A model generated the notes under the pieces. That model was given only the letters and a program-made list of their open reading frames with translations. It was not told where the DNA came from and did no database searches. Below, piece by piece: positions 51,488 to 64,000 of a stretch of 64,000 bases of DNA; positions within the stretch are counted from its first letter, which is position 1; every line of letters starts with the position of its first letter. Location: contig NIVC01000430.1 of the NCBI GenBank assembly GCA_002269645.1, forward strand, positions 62,001-126,000, read 5' to 3'. The DNA is from Macrostomum lignano (lineage: Eukaryota). The translations under genes were made by a program, and so were the position numbers.

Positions 51488-54400
51488 GTAAATAGGAGTT
51501 CAGACTTCACGGGATTGGTGGCTTAATAAAACTAGTTGTTCTAAGTTCTAAGAACAAAGATCAGTATAGACTCGCTCTAGGTTAGGTGAATCTCTTTGGA
51601 GGCTATAGCTGTTTTTAATCATCGCCATCAGATCTCTAGTTATCTTTGCATCTTTTCTGAACGACATGTCTGTTTTGCCAGCATGCAAATAGCAGTTGCC
51701 ATTAATAATAGTTTTGCGAATCTCTTATTTTCCTGCTAACTTTTTTATTCATTAAAAGAAACACTGCAGGTTGCAGCTTGCAGTCACACACAAAGATACA
51801 CATCATGCGCATCTAATGTAGTAAATATTTTTATTGCTTTCTTGACCTACTATAATGGTAACCGTCTGATCTGATGTGTTTACGATAAAACAAAAAAAAT
51901 TAATGGTGCTCATTAGCTAATCTTCGCAGACCTTTAAATCGAAACGTTTTTTGCTATTTTACTTATTCTTTTTAGCAAATGCTAAGTCATGGCCGTATTT
52001 TCGTATTATTTCAAGATGTAGGAGTCTCGATTTTTGAACCTGTGTGCAAGCTACAGATTTTTTACTATGTAGTCAGTGTTACTACCGGTAGAAGTTCCTT
52101 AACAACAATCCAAAATTAATGCATGGCATGCGAAAGAAAGACATAAGCAAGTGTAATAGTAGAGTCGTCGTATATTATAGAATGAAAGTGATACGAAATA
52201 TATGTAGTATATAGAATAATACACATACATTAGATACTACTAATAGTAGACACGACGACTACATGTTGCACAGATGTTGATGTATGTTGATTTTGCAATG
52301 TTGATGCGTCAACCATTCTGCAACGTTGTTTTGCGCGACAAACGGTCGCTTCTAGCAACGTTTACCACTTGTTGCGCGTCAACATTTGTACAACATTCCC
52401 GCAACATAAATGGCACTAGGGGTAACACCGTCAAGTTCAATACCTTTGAGGGCTATTACATTTGGTGTGGAATCAGCGTTGGAATTAAAGTGAATTGAAG
52501 TTTCAATAACTTTTAAGGCCTTTTCACACTATATTAATAATTAAGTTATACGAACTATAAAGTATCTGTATATAAAGTTTAAGAACGAATTTATTTGCAT
52601 AATTACGAATGAGTTAAAATATGCGCAACAATAGCAGTAGGGTATGGATCGAAATGAAAATAATATTAAACTAGCTATCTGCCCCGCCCCATGGGGGACC
52701 AATAGATAATGAAAGTTGTAAAAAGTTTTGAATAACCTTCATACACCGCACGTATTGACCTTGTACACAGTACCTAGCTATTGCTAATTCTTAAGGAAAA
52801 TGATGCTAAAAGCAAATTAAAAGCATCCGCACTGACAGCTAGTAGCCAGCTATAGAGACTGATTTCGAAATATAAAATGAGGGGGGGCGGGTTTTAACCG
52901 GCCAAAACTGTGGGGCGCCATAATATACACTAGAGGCCGAGGAGCACCATAATACACTTAAGGGGCGCCACAAAACACTAGAGGGGTGTTGTGTATTAAG
53001 AGGTGACTAGAAAGTCAAACGGCCCTTTTCAGGGTCACCCTAAAGTAACTTAGCAGTCGTGGCTAAAAATAACTGGAAGCACAAATAAATATTCGAACTA
53101 TGAGGAACACTATGATGCGGTCCAGTTTTCTAATGCTAAAATAAAACCCCTCCGCCAGCGCGCGGAGTAAATTAATATTCTATCTCTTTGTTCCTACAGT
53201 GCACGTTTGGGACAAACCCACGTAAACAGCCCTAGGCTCGTTCTCTTGAGTTTCTCTTTCGTACAACAGAACACCCGGGCTGCATGAAAACACCTGGGGA
53301 AGCCCCTGGGTTCTGGCGCTGAAAGGTACAGCCACCAGGCCTCGTCCCCATGGACTTTGTCCGCCTGTGGATGGTGCGGTAGCTGACGTTGCGGCCAAAA
53401 TCCCATTGTCTATAGACAGCGGGCCCGGGTTGTTTGAAGGTACACGCCAGAGGCCACCACCACCAGCAGTCACCTGTGCAAGAGTTCATCCGGTAAAAGC
53501 TCCCATGAACGAGACGGGACTCCCGGTCTGTAACAGACGAAGGTTCTTGACCCCAAACTGCATGTACTAGAAATGGCCCGTTAGGGACTCTATGCGTGGC
53601 ATATAAGGACGTCTAGTCAAGTGTTGGAAACGATCGGACTTTTGCATAGGGGGATCTTTTAGCTGGAGAGCGATAGCTAGACTACGATTCCCTCCTACGC
53701 GTAAGTCCCAGGATTCCAAAGGATTAGATAACGCCATATTAATGTTTTTTTCCTATTGATGTAGCCGCAGCCTTCTGCTGCAAGCATAGGGCCGCAGTCA
53801 CATCTTAGGTACTGCCCTGATGCTAAAAATCAAAAGTGTCATTTTTGGACTTGTTATTGTTGTTGATTACTTGTCAATAAGGTATACTCCATTTAATTAG
53901 ATCACTATTCGCTGAGAGTTTATTGTTTCATTTTATGCGACTCGGGATCTACTAAATATACCTTGTTATTATAATTGAGTTATGGTTTACTTTTACGACT
54001 TAATTGTGTAATGCCTTTGTCTTAATCTCTTACTCACTTGATGCACTGTTAGCGATGAGTTATGATGCCACTTAGAATCGCACATATCGCTTTTATCGCT
54101 TTTTATCACCTTCCTCCAGGTCATTCAGTCATGCTCTCGTCCTACCCCTCTCTCTGTATCTCTACCTATTGTCCTATCTCCTCTCCTTTACAGTATATCA
54201 CTCTTCTAATCTTTCATCACCCTAACCTACAGGAGTAGGGGGGAGATGGGGCGCATGAGGGCAGGAATCAGAGTTTTCGCAGACGGAAATCTTCATTATG
54301 AAGTTTATTAAGCCTTTAAATAGGCCTTTAACCCCCCATCCAACTAAATCCGCCCTGCATGTAATCCCACAAGGTGTAGTATATATAATGTTTGATGTTT

Positions 54401-54952
54401 GAATGTCTGAATGTTTGAAAAACTGCCAGCTATCACTGTGTCACGATTATTGATGTAGTGGCTAGCTATAGTTATGACCCTTAAAAGGGCCGTTTTGACG
54501 AGAGTTGCAGTAAGTCGTAGTTCCAAAATAAATCGAAGTCAATTCTTGCAAGCGGATTGTGTAGCGGAGCACTTGGCGATAAAGGCAGGGAACTGCCGTA
54601 GTTGTTTTTATTGTTGAGATCAATATTAGGATTGGTTATTACTGTCAATACACAAACTATAGCTTTCTGGGCACTGGCGGCTGCAACAATGGTTTTGAAG
54701 ATAATTAGAATATGAAGTCGAGTGGCAGACGAATGATGCAATGGCGACGCAACGTGATGAGCAATGGCGATGAGCACGGTGAAGGCAGTGAGTAGCAGTA
54801 GGCAGGCAGATGAGTAGTGGCGAGATTGGCATTAGCCGTGGCAGCACACAGTGAAGTAGTGTGTAAACAGGCTGGCCCAGACAGAGGGGCCGTGGCGAGA
54901 GATAAGGAGGCTCGAGGCAGCCAGACAAGAGAAGAACGCGAGAACCAGACAC

Positions 54953-55090
54953 GAAGCCAAGAAGCCTAGAAGCCTAGAAGCCTAGAAGCCTAGAAGCCTA
55001 GAAGCCTAGAAGCCTAGAAGCCTAGAAGCCTAGAAGCCTAGAAGCCTAGAAGCCTAGAAGCCTAGAAGCCTAGAAGCCTAGACGCCAAGA
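54953..55090. repeat. 8-bp tandem repeat
   Basis: (AGAAGCCT)n. Confidence 0.95.
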
Positions 55091-55429
55091 AGTGAGGAGG
55101 CCCCCAGCCCGCCAGGCAGGGGTTAATAAAGGAGCGCAGAGGGGGGTAGCGCAAAGCACGAGTGGTTTTCATTGGCTGGCTAAAGAACTTAAAATTATCG
55201 ATCGTGCAAGTTTTCTACGGTCGCATGAAAGGATAGCAAAGTACGCAGTGAATTAGCGATAGGTACAGACTCGCTGGGCATTACTACAAGTAAACGTTAA
55301 AATAAACGATTGGAGAAATTAAGATGAGAAATTGCAGAGGGACCGCAGTCCAACGGCCCTTTTGCGGGACCACCTTAAACTGGCAACGTCACAACTGAAC
55401 CGAGAGAAGCTCATTTTTTAATCTCAATC

Positions 55430-56090
55430 CCCGATTCTTAATGCCCTTTCCCTGAATCCTCATGTTGGAATCCGAATCCACAATTCTTAACACCCTATCC
55501 CTGATTCCTCAATGTTGAAATCCGAATCCCCGATTCTTAATTCCCTATCCCTGATTCCTCATGTTGAAATCCGAATACCCGATTCTTAACTCCCTATCCC
55601 TGATTCCTCGTTGGAATCCGAATACCCGATTCTTAACTCCCTATCCCTGATTCCTCATGTGGAATCCGAATCCCCGATTCTTAACTCCCTATCCCTGATT
55701 CCTCGTTGGAATCCGAATACCCGATTCTTAACTCCCTATCCCTGATTCCTCGTTGGAATCCGAATACCCGATTCTTAACTCCCTATCCCTGATTCCTCGT
55801 TGGAATCCGAATCCACGATTCTTAATTCCCTATCCCTGATTCCTCATGTCGGAATCCGAATCCCCGATTCTTAATTCCCTATCCCTGATTCCTCATGTTG
55901 GAATCCGAATCCACGATTCTTAATTAATTCCCTATCCCTGATTCCTCATGTTGGAATCCGAATCCACGATTCTTAATTCCCTATCCGTGATTCCTCATGT
56001 TGGAATCCGAATCAACGATTCTTAATTCCCTATCCCTGTTTTCTCATGTGGAATCCGAATACCCGATTTCTAATTCCCTTTCCCAGGTTG
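55430..56090. repeat. ~50-bp minisatellite
   Basis: Unit ~CCCTGATTCCTCATGTTGGAATCCGAATCCCCGATTCTTAATTCCCTAT. Confidence 0.93.
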
Positions 56091-56650
56091 GGCATATGGC
56101 ACCTTTTGCGAGAAACTTGAAAGACTGGATCTGCTATCATAATTCATAAGGCAGAGAGGAGCTTATGGCATCTTTTTCTAAATGTTTGAAAGACTGCCAT
56201 GGTCACCTACGCAAAAGATTAACACCCCAAAGAAATTATTACAAATGAGCCTGAACTCTCCGCTGCCACAGGCATAGATCTGGGGTCATGGATCATAGCC
56301 GACCTCAGGGCAAATTAAGAGATTGATTATTCTGTAAAATTAGTCAAATTTTAAATGGCAGGCAACAGAATTTAAGTTTAAAATTGATAGGTTATAAAAA
56401 TAATATAAAAATTTTTAAAGGCAAAAATAAGCATTTTAATTTTTAAACGCATAATTATGTTTTTGATGTTCGGGATTTTTGTTTAACTATTTTGTTTGCC
56501 TTAGCAACTATTACTAGCATTTAGGGTACGAATTCAACTCTGAGTTTGCACCATTCTATTTGACAAGATATGTCGAATGCATTTTATACAGGGACTGAAT
56601 TTCTGAAAGAGTTTCGATACGGCCTGCTTCGGTAAAATTGTCAGACCGTT

Positions 56651-56730
56651 ATGATGGCGTGCCTTAGTAGAGATGTCCTTAAATGGCTTCAGAGTCTTGA
56701 TCTATCGTCTCAAATAAAAAACCCAAAGTG
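56651..56730 (+). CDS. SPATA4: SPATA4 exon 1
   Basis: MMACLSRDVLKWLQSLDLSSQIKNPK; TG|GTAAGG donor. Confidence 0.88.
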
Positions 56731-56921
56731 GTAAGGACCGTCTCATTCTTATTTGCTGTCTTGTTGATGAAATACCGTAGTAGTAGTAGTGTAGTAGAGA
56801 TGATTTCTTTGTGAGATGATTCGATAACACAAGGGCTTCATTGCATTGATTTAAGCCTAATCCACCCAATATTCACTTTTGTACTGAAGTTTCATATACA
56901 AATTCTCGTTTAATATTTTAG

Positions 56922-57170
56922 GGATTTCGCCAATGGATATTTGGTCGCTGAGATTCTCTTTTGGTATTTTCCAAGAGAAATATTCATGCATTCATACATC
57001 AATGGCAACTCACTAGAATCCAAAGTGAAGAACTGGACTCTACTAAAGGAGTTTTTTAAAAGGCATCAGTTCTGCCTTCCTGAGAAGCTAATTGAGGGAA
57101 CATTGCATTGCAAGGAGGATCCGGCCATTTTGCTAATAAATCTTCTCTTTGAGATTTTGACGCGCAAAAG
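56922..57170 (+). CDS. SPATA4: SPATA4 exon 2 (CH-like domain)
   Basis: DFANGYLVAEIL..Y.NGNSLESKVKNW..L..LIEGTLHCK..LFEILTRK; AG|GTAATA donor. Confidence 0.92.
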
Positions 57171-58189
57171 GTAATACAAATCTTTACTACTTATTTATTT
57201 CAGTATCAACTGAAAAATATTTCCTCATTTCGTAAGAATAGCAAATTTTTAAGTAGCAATTCTATCCCAATAGTCATTATCATTTAAGCGAAACATTTTT
57301 TTAAAATATAAGATAAATTACACAAGAATAAATATAAAGCAAAGAAAAATATAACTATATACAGTCTTAATTCTTGTATTAGTTAGCTCTATAAACCTAG
57401 AAAACATAAGATTTTTTGCCTAAGGACAATGATTAAAAACTTTTCTGAAAAACAAAATAATGCAATATATAGTAACTACAATCTTTATAATTTAAATATG
57501 AATATCATAATATAAATATGGATTTAATCTTCATAAATTAACTAAATGTATTTTTTTAATTTTCCATTTCAAAAAAACTTGGCTAAAATTAAAAAATCTG
57601 TAAGTATTTAAATCACTGACTAAGTGACTATACATGTATATCAGTATAATTTGGTAGCGCAATTTGATGTACGAGTGTATAATTATTTTTAACCATTTCA
57701 TTTTATGCATGCGTTTTATCTGATCCCTCTCATCCTGTTCTTAAGTTTCTGTATGCCTGTCAGTTCTATGTCTGACAAGTACTTGAAGTTAAGTTTATTA
57801 TCTAACTGTGTAAGATTCTGTTTGTAGGCATTCCAAGATATGAGAATTTTGGTTGGTGCTTATTATGAGTGTGTCTTAATAGAAAGTATGAAACAGAATG
57901 TGGATTCATCTATAGGATACAGCTTTAATTATGGATATTTGATATTTGATAACTGGCTATAGGAGTGAATTATCTATAAAATTTTATTCAAATGACAAAA
58001 AGTATAACTTATGCACAGCTGCTCTATGCAAATGCATGCATACATGTTGTGAATGCTCACAGTCACATTATTATACTTTTAATATCTAATATAGATAATT
58101 AAAATATGTCTTGCACTTTCGTTAAGATAGATGGCAGTATAATTATTGGCTGCATGGCGTTCCGGGAGAGATTAGAGTGTCAATATAGA

Positions 58190-58905
58190 CTATAGTACTG
58201 ACACTATGGGGTGTCAGCAGAGACTATGAGGTGTCAGTAGATACTATGGGGTGTCAGTAGATACTATGCGGTGTCAGTAGATACTATGAGATGTCAGCAG
58301 AGACTATGAGGTGTCAGTAAAGACTATAGGAGGGTGTCAGCAGAGACTTTAAGGTGTCAATAGAGACTATAGGAGGGTGTCAGCAGAGACTATGAGGTGT
58401 CAGTAGAGACTATAGGAGGGTGTCAGCAGAGACTATGAGGTGTCAGTAGAGCCTATGGGTGGTGTCAGTAGAGTCTAATAAGGAGTTAGTAGAGACTGAG
58501 GTGTCAGTAGATACTATGGGGTGTCAGTAAATACTATGGGGTGTCAGTAGATACTCCGGGGTGTCAGCAGAGACTATGAAGTGTCAGTAAAGACTATAGG
58601 AGGGTGTCAGCAGAGACTTTGAGGTGTCAGTAGAGACTATAGGAGAGTGTCAGCAGAGACTGAGGTGCCAGCAGAGACTTTGAGGTGTCAGTAGAGACTA
58701 TAGGAGGGTGTCAGCAGAGACTATGAGGTGTCAGCAGAGACTTGAGGTGTCAGCAGAGACTTGAGGTGTCAGTAGAGACTATGGGTGGTGTCAGTAGAGC
58801 CTAATGAGGAGTTAGTAGAGACTGAGGTGTCAGTAGATACTATGGGGTGTCAGTAAATATTATGGGGTGTCAGTAGATACTCCGGGTGTCAGTAGATACT
58901 ATAGT
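58190..58905. repeat. Degenerate ~20-bp minisatellite in SPATA4 intron 2
   Basis: Core GACTATGAGGTGTCAGTAGA. Confidence 0.9.
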
Positions 58906-58941
58906 ACTTTAACAGACCGCCCTCAACCCCACTGCCCGCAG

Positions 58942-59095
58942 CCCCACGGTGTACTGCAGCGGCAACCTGGATGACTCAGACTATCAGCGGTCGCTGGCGC
59001 TGCACGCTCGGTCCACCGCGGCCAAAGCTTTGAAGAATAATTTGAGCGCATCTGAACTGACAGCTCAACCCGACTTGAACGCGAATAGGCTCAAG
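58942..59095 (+). CDS. SPATA4: SPATA4 exon 3 (alternative in-frame acceptor at 58960)
   Basis: DSDYQRSLALHARSTAAKALKNNLSASEL..P (compare [29 protein letters not shown]). Confidence 0.82.
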
Positions 59096-59139
59096 GTTGG
59101 GAATGGGGCTGACTGACATTTATGATTTTCCATCTGACA

Positions 59140-59410
59140 GAAACATCTACCCTATCTGACAGAAACATCTACCCATCTGACAGAATCCTCTACCCTATCT
59201 GACAGAATCCTCTACCCTATCTGACAGAATCCTCTACCCCATCTGACAGAATCCTCTACCCCATCTGACAGAATCCTCTACCCCATCTGACAGAATCCTC
59301 TACCCCATCTGACAGAATCCTCTACCCCATCTGACAGAATCCTCTACCCCATCTGACAGAATCCTCTACCCCATCTGACAGAATCCTCTACCCCATCTGA
59401 CAGAATCCCC
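59140..59410. repeat. ~23-bp minisatellite in SPATA4 intron 3
   Basis: Unit CCATCTGACAGAATCCTCTACC(C). Confidence 0.93.
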
Positions 59411-59425
59411 TACTCCACTCCGCAG

Positions 59426-59659
59426 GCGGAGCTTCTGCTTGATCGCCACGCCGAGACTCGAACCCAGGAGCGTCGCGACCAGCCAACAAGATTTCTTCGC
59501 CAAATGTCCCCGGGCGAGCGCTGCCTCCGTCGCCATCCGGGACCGGCGGTCAATTCGAAACCAGCGATGCCATCGGACTCGGTAGGAATCGAGAACGGTC
59601 GCTCAACTTCGGACAGGAGACGGGCTAGTCCGCCTCGCGACGAGAACTTAAGTGGTTAG
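59426..59659 (+). CDS. SPATA4: SPATA4 exon 4 (3' end tentative)
   Basis: CCGCAG acceptor, phase 0; AELLLDRH..RRDQPTRF..SPGE follows the human AEFLI..NPEWF..TVGE pattern. Confidence 0.7.
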   Translation, partial: AELLLDRHAETRTQERRDQPTRFLRQMSPGERCLRRHPGPAVNSKPAMPSDSVGIENGRSTSDRRRASPPRDENLSG

Positions 59660-60044
59660 GAACTGAACTGATTGTTGACTTGATTTACCTCACAAATTAG
59701 TTTCTGATTACCTCACTAATGTGAAGTCTAGCTCCAAATGACTAAAAATAAGGGTAATTCACGTGTGTGTGTGTGTGAGCCTCGCAGGCCAGCTCGATAT
59801 TGGTTCGTAGCTTCTTACAGAGGCGCCAGGCCTCGGTTATTTATGTATCTGCTTCCCAGCTTGGGGGAAGACAACCGGCAGGCCTATGCTTGTTGGGGAG
59901 TGTGGGGTGCAGACAGACAGACTTGTGCATAGGACTTGTGCGTGCATTGGCCGTACAGTGATGACTGTAACGGCTAGACAAAGACCGGTGCCTGGTGGGA
60001 CTGAGGAGTGCGAGTACGAGCTAACCGATAGACAGATACTACAA

Positions 60045-60235
60045 CTAATTAGTTTCTGATTACCTCACTAATTAGGGTCTGATTACCTCACTAATTAGGG
60101 TCTGATTACCTCACTAATTAGTGTCTGATTTCCTCACTAATTAGTGTCTGATTTCCTCACTAATTAGTGTCTGATTTCCTCACTAATTAGTGTCTGATTG
60201 CCTCACTAATTAGTGTCTGATTGCCTCACTAAATA
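60045..60235. repeat. 23-bp minisatellite
   Basis: Unit TGATTACCTCACTAATTAGTGTC. Confidence 0.93.
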
Positions 60236-60789
60236 AATTTCAGCGAGTCAGCCGAAACAGTCACGTGACCAAGTTGCCGAGCCCAAAACTGTGCAACGAA
60301 CTGACGAACCTGTTCTGGAGATTTCCGTTCGACAAAAATCAAAGTACACGAACTACTTTGATTAAAAATGATTAACTTTAAAAATAACAGCAGATTTTTA
60401 ACTCAAATTTTGTAAGAAAGTCAAAATATTCGCAATATTTTCTGTAATTTTTTGTAGTCTGGTTTTTTTAAATTCAGTCAGTCAGTTGAAACGCGTTTTA
60501 AACTTTTTACTCCCAACTAACTCTCAACTACTGTGAGTAGCCCGTATTGACTGCATGCGTCGATTTTTGCCTTTTTAACTACCTACTGTAGATAAACGAT
60601 TTTTTAAAATGTTTTAATGCGAATGTTTACGCTTAATAAAGCCAGTTTCTTGAAACCAGGCTATAATTATACAAGCAAATTCTAAAACATAACCAATCCT
60701 ACTGTCAGTAGTCAATTTGCATATTGACATAACTTTCTCTTTAGATCATAGGATCGGATCGTCAGCATGCGTCTTTTGACAGTAAACAC

Positions 60790-62530
60790 TATAGTATGTG
60801 TTTATCGGTGAGGAATGTCATCTATCAATTGTGTTTATTAATGGGGAATGTAATGTATCAATTGTGTTTATCGTCGAGGAATGTCATCTAACAATTAGGT
60901 TTATGGGTGAGGAATGCAATTAATCAATTGTGTCTATCAGTGAGAATGCAATTAATCATTTGTGTCTATCAGTGAGAATGCAATTAATCATTTGTGTCTA
61001 TCAGTGAGAATGCAATTAATCATTTGTGTCTATCAGTGAGGAATGCAATTAATTATTTGTATCTATCAGTGAGAATGCAATTAATCAATTGTGTCTATCA
61101 GTAAGGAATGCAATTAATCAATTGTGTGTATCAGTAAGGAATGCAATTAATCAATTGTGTCTATCAGTGAGGAATGCAATTAATCAATTGTGTCTATCAG
61201 TAAGGAATGCAATTAATCAATTGTGTCTATCAGTGAGAATGCAATTAATCAATTGTGTCTATCAGTGAGAATGCAATTAATCAATTGTGTCTATCAGTGA
61301 GAATGCAATTAATCATTTGTGTCTATCAGTAAGGAATGCAATTAATCAATTGTGTCTATCAGTAAGGAATGCAATTAATCAATTGTGTCTATCAGTAAGG
61401 AATGCAATTAATCAATTGTGTTTATCAGTGAGAATGCAATTAATCAATTGTGTCTATCAGTAAGGAATGCAATTAATCAATTGTGTCTATCAGTGAGAAT
61501 GCAATTAATCAATTGTGTCTATCAGTAAGGAATGCAATTAATCAATTGTGTCTATCAGTAAGGAATGCAATTAATCATTGTGTCTATCAGTGAGAATGCA
61601 ATTAATCAATTGTGTCTATCAGTAAGGAATGCAATTAATCAATTGTGTCTATCGGTAAGGAATGCAATTAATCAATTGTGTCTATCAGTAAGGAATGCAA
61701 TTAATCATTGTCTATCAGTGAGAATGCAATTAATCAATTGTGTCTATCAGTGAGAATGCAATTAATCATTTGTGTCTATCAGTGAGAATGCAATTAATCA
61801 TTTGTGTCTATCAGTGAGAATGCAATTAATCAATTGTGTCTATCAGTGAGAATGCAATTAATCAATTGTGTCTATCAGTGAGAATGCAATTAATCATTTG
61901 TGTCTATCAGTAAGGAATGCAATTAATCATTTGTGCCTATCAGTGAGAATGCAATTAATCATTTGTGTCTATCAGTAAGGAATGCAATTAATCATTTGTG
62001 TCCATCAGTAAGGAATGCAATTAATCATTTGTTTCTATCAGTAAGGAATGCAATCAATCATTTGTTTCTATCAGTAAGGAATGCAATTAATCATTTGTGT
62101 CTATCAGTAAGGAATGCAATTAATCATTTGTGTCTATCAGTGAGAATGCAATTAATCAATTGTGTCTATCAGTGAGGAATGCAATTAATCATTTGTGTCT
62201 ATCAGTAAGGAATGCAATTAATCATTTGTGTCTATCAGTAAGGAATGCAATTAATCATTTGTGTCTATCAGTGAGAATGCAATTCATCATTTGTGTCTAT
62301 CAGTAAGGAATGCAATTAATCAATTGTGTCTATCAATGAGAATGGAATTCACCAATTGTGTCTATCAGTGAGAATGCAATTCACCAATTGTGTCTATCAG
62401 TGAGAATGCAATTCATCAATTGTGTCTATCAGTGAGAATGCAATTCACCAATTGTGTCTATCAGTGAGAATGCAATTCACCAATTGTGTCTATCAGTGAG
62501 AATGCAATTCATCAATTGTGCTTATCGGTA
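60790..62530. repeat. 32-33-bp minisatellite, ~1.7 kb
   Basis: Unit TGTGTCTATCAGT(GA/AAG)GAATGCAATTAATCAAT. Confidence 0.95.
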
Positions 62531-62730
62531 TTGGAACGAGATTTTTCGAATTGTCTGCTTGATTTTAAAACTAATAAACCAGTTCTAGCCACTTCAATGA
62601 GCCATGAAAACTCAGGACTCGCGGCAATGCAGTGCATGCCGAAATTAATGAATTTTATAAATGGAACTTAAATTTGATAAAACATCGCGTTTAAGCCGAT
62701 CGTTTGTCGCTCCAAATAGCTGTAAGGCTG

Positions 62731-63981
62731 CTACTGGCCTTTCATGCCGCCGCCACCGCAGCTGTTCGGACTGAACTGCAGAACTCGGATGGACTCAACC
62801 AGCTCGCTATTGTCCATCTTCATCAAGTAGGCCACCGCTCCATAGTTCTTATTGTTAAAGTAACCTGGCGCCGAGAACACCGTGATGCACTGCATATTGT
62901 GCTGCACAGAGAGCCCCATCTTCATCACCTGGTGGGCGCGGATCACCGCTTTCAATGAATTCCTACGAACAAACTGATCGGTGGCGTCTGAATTGAACTT
63001 GTAGCCGATGCCGCGGCTGCTCGCTGAGAACACTGGCTTACCTCGGCTAGTCTTCTTCTGCTGCTGGCCTTGAGCCGACTTCTGCTTCGGTTGGTCCTTG
63101 GTTGGTTTTTCAACCATCTCCGGCGTGTCCTCCATCGGGTCGCTCCAGAGCAGGTCGGTCTCCAAGTCGCGATGCGACAGCGACGAGAACGGCCGACGGA
63201 TCGCGTTGACAACCCGTTTGAGATTCTCCACGCCAGGCTGCTGGCGTAATAAAACCTCCGAGATGCCGCCGTGGCAGCAGAAGAACTGCGAATCAATCAG
63301 CGCCGCGACGGGCAGGTAGTCGAACACCCGGTTGAAGATTGTGTACACGTTCAAATGGTTGAACCGATTCAAGCACTCGTTCTTGAAGCCGTAGCGCTTA
63401 TTCACTTTGGCTACCTCGTGGTTGCCGCGGAGAATGTACACCCTGTCGGGATAGCGGATCTTCATCAGCAGCAGCGTGACAATGACCTCCAGGCTGCACT
63501 GGCCTCGGTCAACGTAGTCGCCAAGGAACAGCACGCTATCAGTTGGCGGGTAGCCGAGGGCGTCCAGAATGCGCAGCAGATCCCGGAACTGGCCGTGCAA
63601 ATCGCCCACAATGAAAGTTGGCCTGCCAATCTCCAATAGAGCCGGCTCCCGGCGGAAATGGTCTCTAGACAGCTTGGCAACTGTGTAGCATAACTGTTCG
63701 GTGACAAATGAAGACTTCAGGTTGCCTTGTTGGTCGAATTCGCTGTGCAAAATCTGGTGCTCAACGTCGGTGAGGTCAATATCGATCATTGACATGGGCT
63801 GGCTGCAGTCGTCGAATAGAGACACCCGGTCGATCTCTTCCTGAGACGGCATGCTCAAGATGCTGTTGCGGTAGCTGACTCGCTCTGTCGGCGTCTTCCC
63901 GTCGGCTTCAAATACGCGGGGATCGAGTGCGTTGCCGATGTTGCCCGCCTTGCCCATTTTTGTCTGCTGGGCTTGCGGCAT
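62731..63981 (-). CDS. Intronless PP1-like Ser/Thr phosphatase (PPP family), 416 aa
   Basis: GDLHGQ, GDYVDRG, LRGNHE, HGG, LLWSDP, RAHQ and FSAP motifs are all present. Confidence 0.95.
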   Translation of the reverse strand: MPQAQQTKMGKAGNIGNALDPRVFEADGKTPTERVSYRNSILSMPSQEEIDRVSLFDDCSQPMSMIDIDLTDVEHQILHSEFDQQGNLKSSFVTEQLCYTVAKLSRDHFRREPALLEIGRPTFIVGDLHGQFRDLLRILDALGYPPTDSVLFLGDYVDRGQCSLEVIVTLLLMKIRYPDRVYILRGNHEVAKVNKRYGFKNECLNRFNHLNVYTIFNRVFDYLPVAALIDSQFFCCHGGISEVLLRQQPGVENLKRVVNAIRRPFSSLSHRDLETDLLWSDPMEDTPEMVEKPTKDQPKQKSAQGQQQKKTSRGKPVFSASSRGIGYKFNSDATDQFVRRNSLKAVIRAHQVMKMGLSVQHNMQCITVFSAPGYFNNKNYGAVAYLMKMDNSELVESIRVLQFSPNSCGGGGMKGQ

Positions 63982-64000
63982 TACTGTTGGTCTATTAGTG

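Larger units (their letters stand above)
48538..52422 (+). mobile_element. TIR DNA element (CMC/EnSpm-like or Harbinger-like), apparently non-autonomous
   Basis: TAA|CCCCTAGTGCCAT...ATGGCACTAGGGG|TAA: 13-bp perfect TIR, 3-bp TAA duplication, subterminal GTTG/CAAC repeats at both ends. Confidence 0.7.

Noticed and set aside
53180-55130. Possible LTR or retroelement remnant with several short ORFs
   Set aside because: No paired LTR, PBS, or gag/pol motif could be identified.
55200-55420. Another possible complemented patch
   Set aside because: Too short and ambiguous, with no anchor.

Overview
Animal genomic DNA, repeat-rich with spliced genes; the style resembles the flatworm Macrostomum, but I cannot verify the species. 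Genes: MEPCE/Bin3 (+), a secreted PAN/apple plus fibrinogen-C protein (+), fragments of a degenerate cyclic-nucleotide-binding-domain gene (+), WASH1 (-), a TFCP2/LSF-family transcription factor (-), SPATA4 (+) and an intronless PP1-like phosphatase (-). Many introns hold their own minisatellite. Mobile DNA: a deleted Tc1/IS630-like element, a head-to-tail Helitron-like array, a tRNA/CORE-like SINE, a TIR element with a spliced DUF4806-like gene, and a full-length piggyBac. Main anomaly: 37992 to about 45320 is base-complemented in place, not reverse-complemented, so the six-frame track misses its real genes. Complementing it back restores TFCP2 exons 1-3 (canonical, in-phase splice sites) and an intact 557-aa piggyBac transposase between TTAA duplications. 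No known replication or inversion mechanism produces this, so an assembly or data-handling artefact is the leading explanation. Smaller patches may share the property. All homology calls are from remembered motifs; no searches were run.
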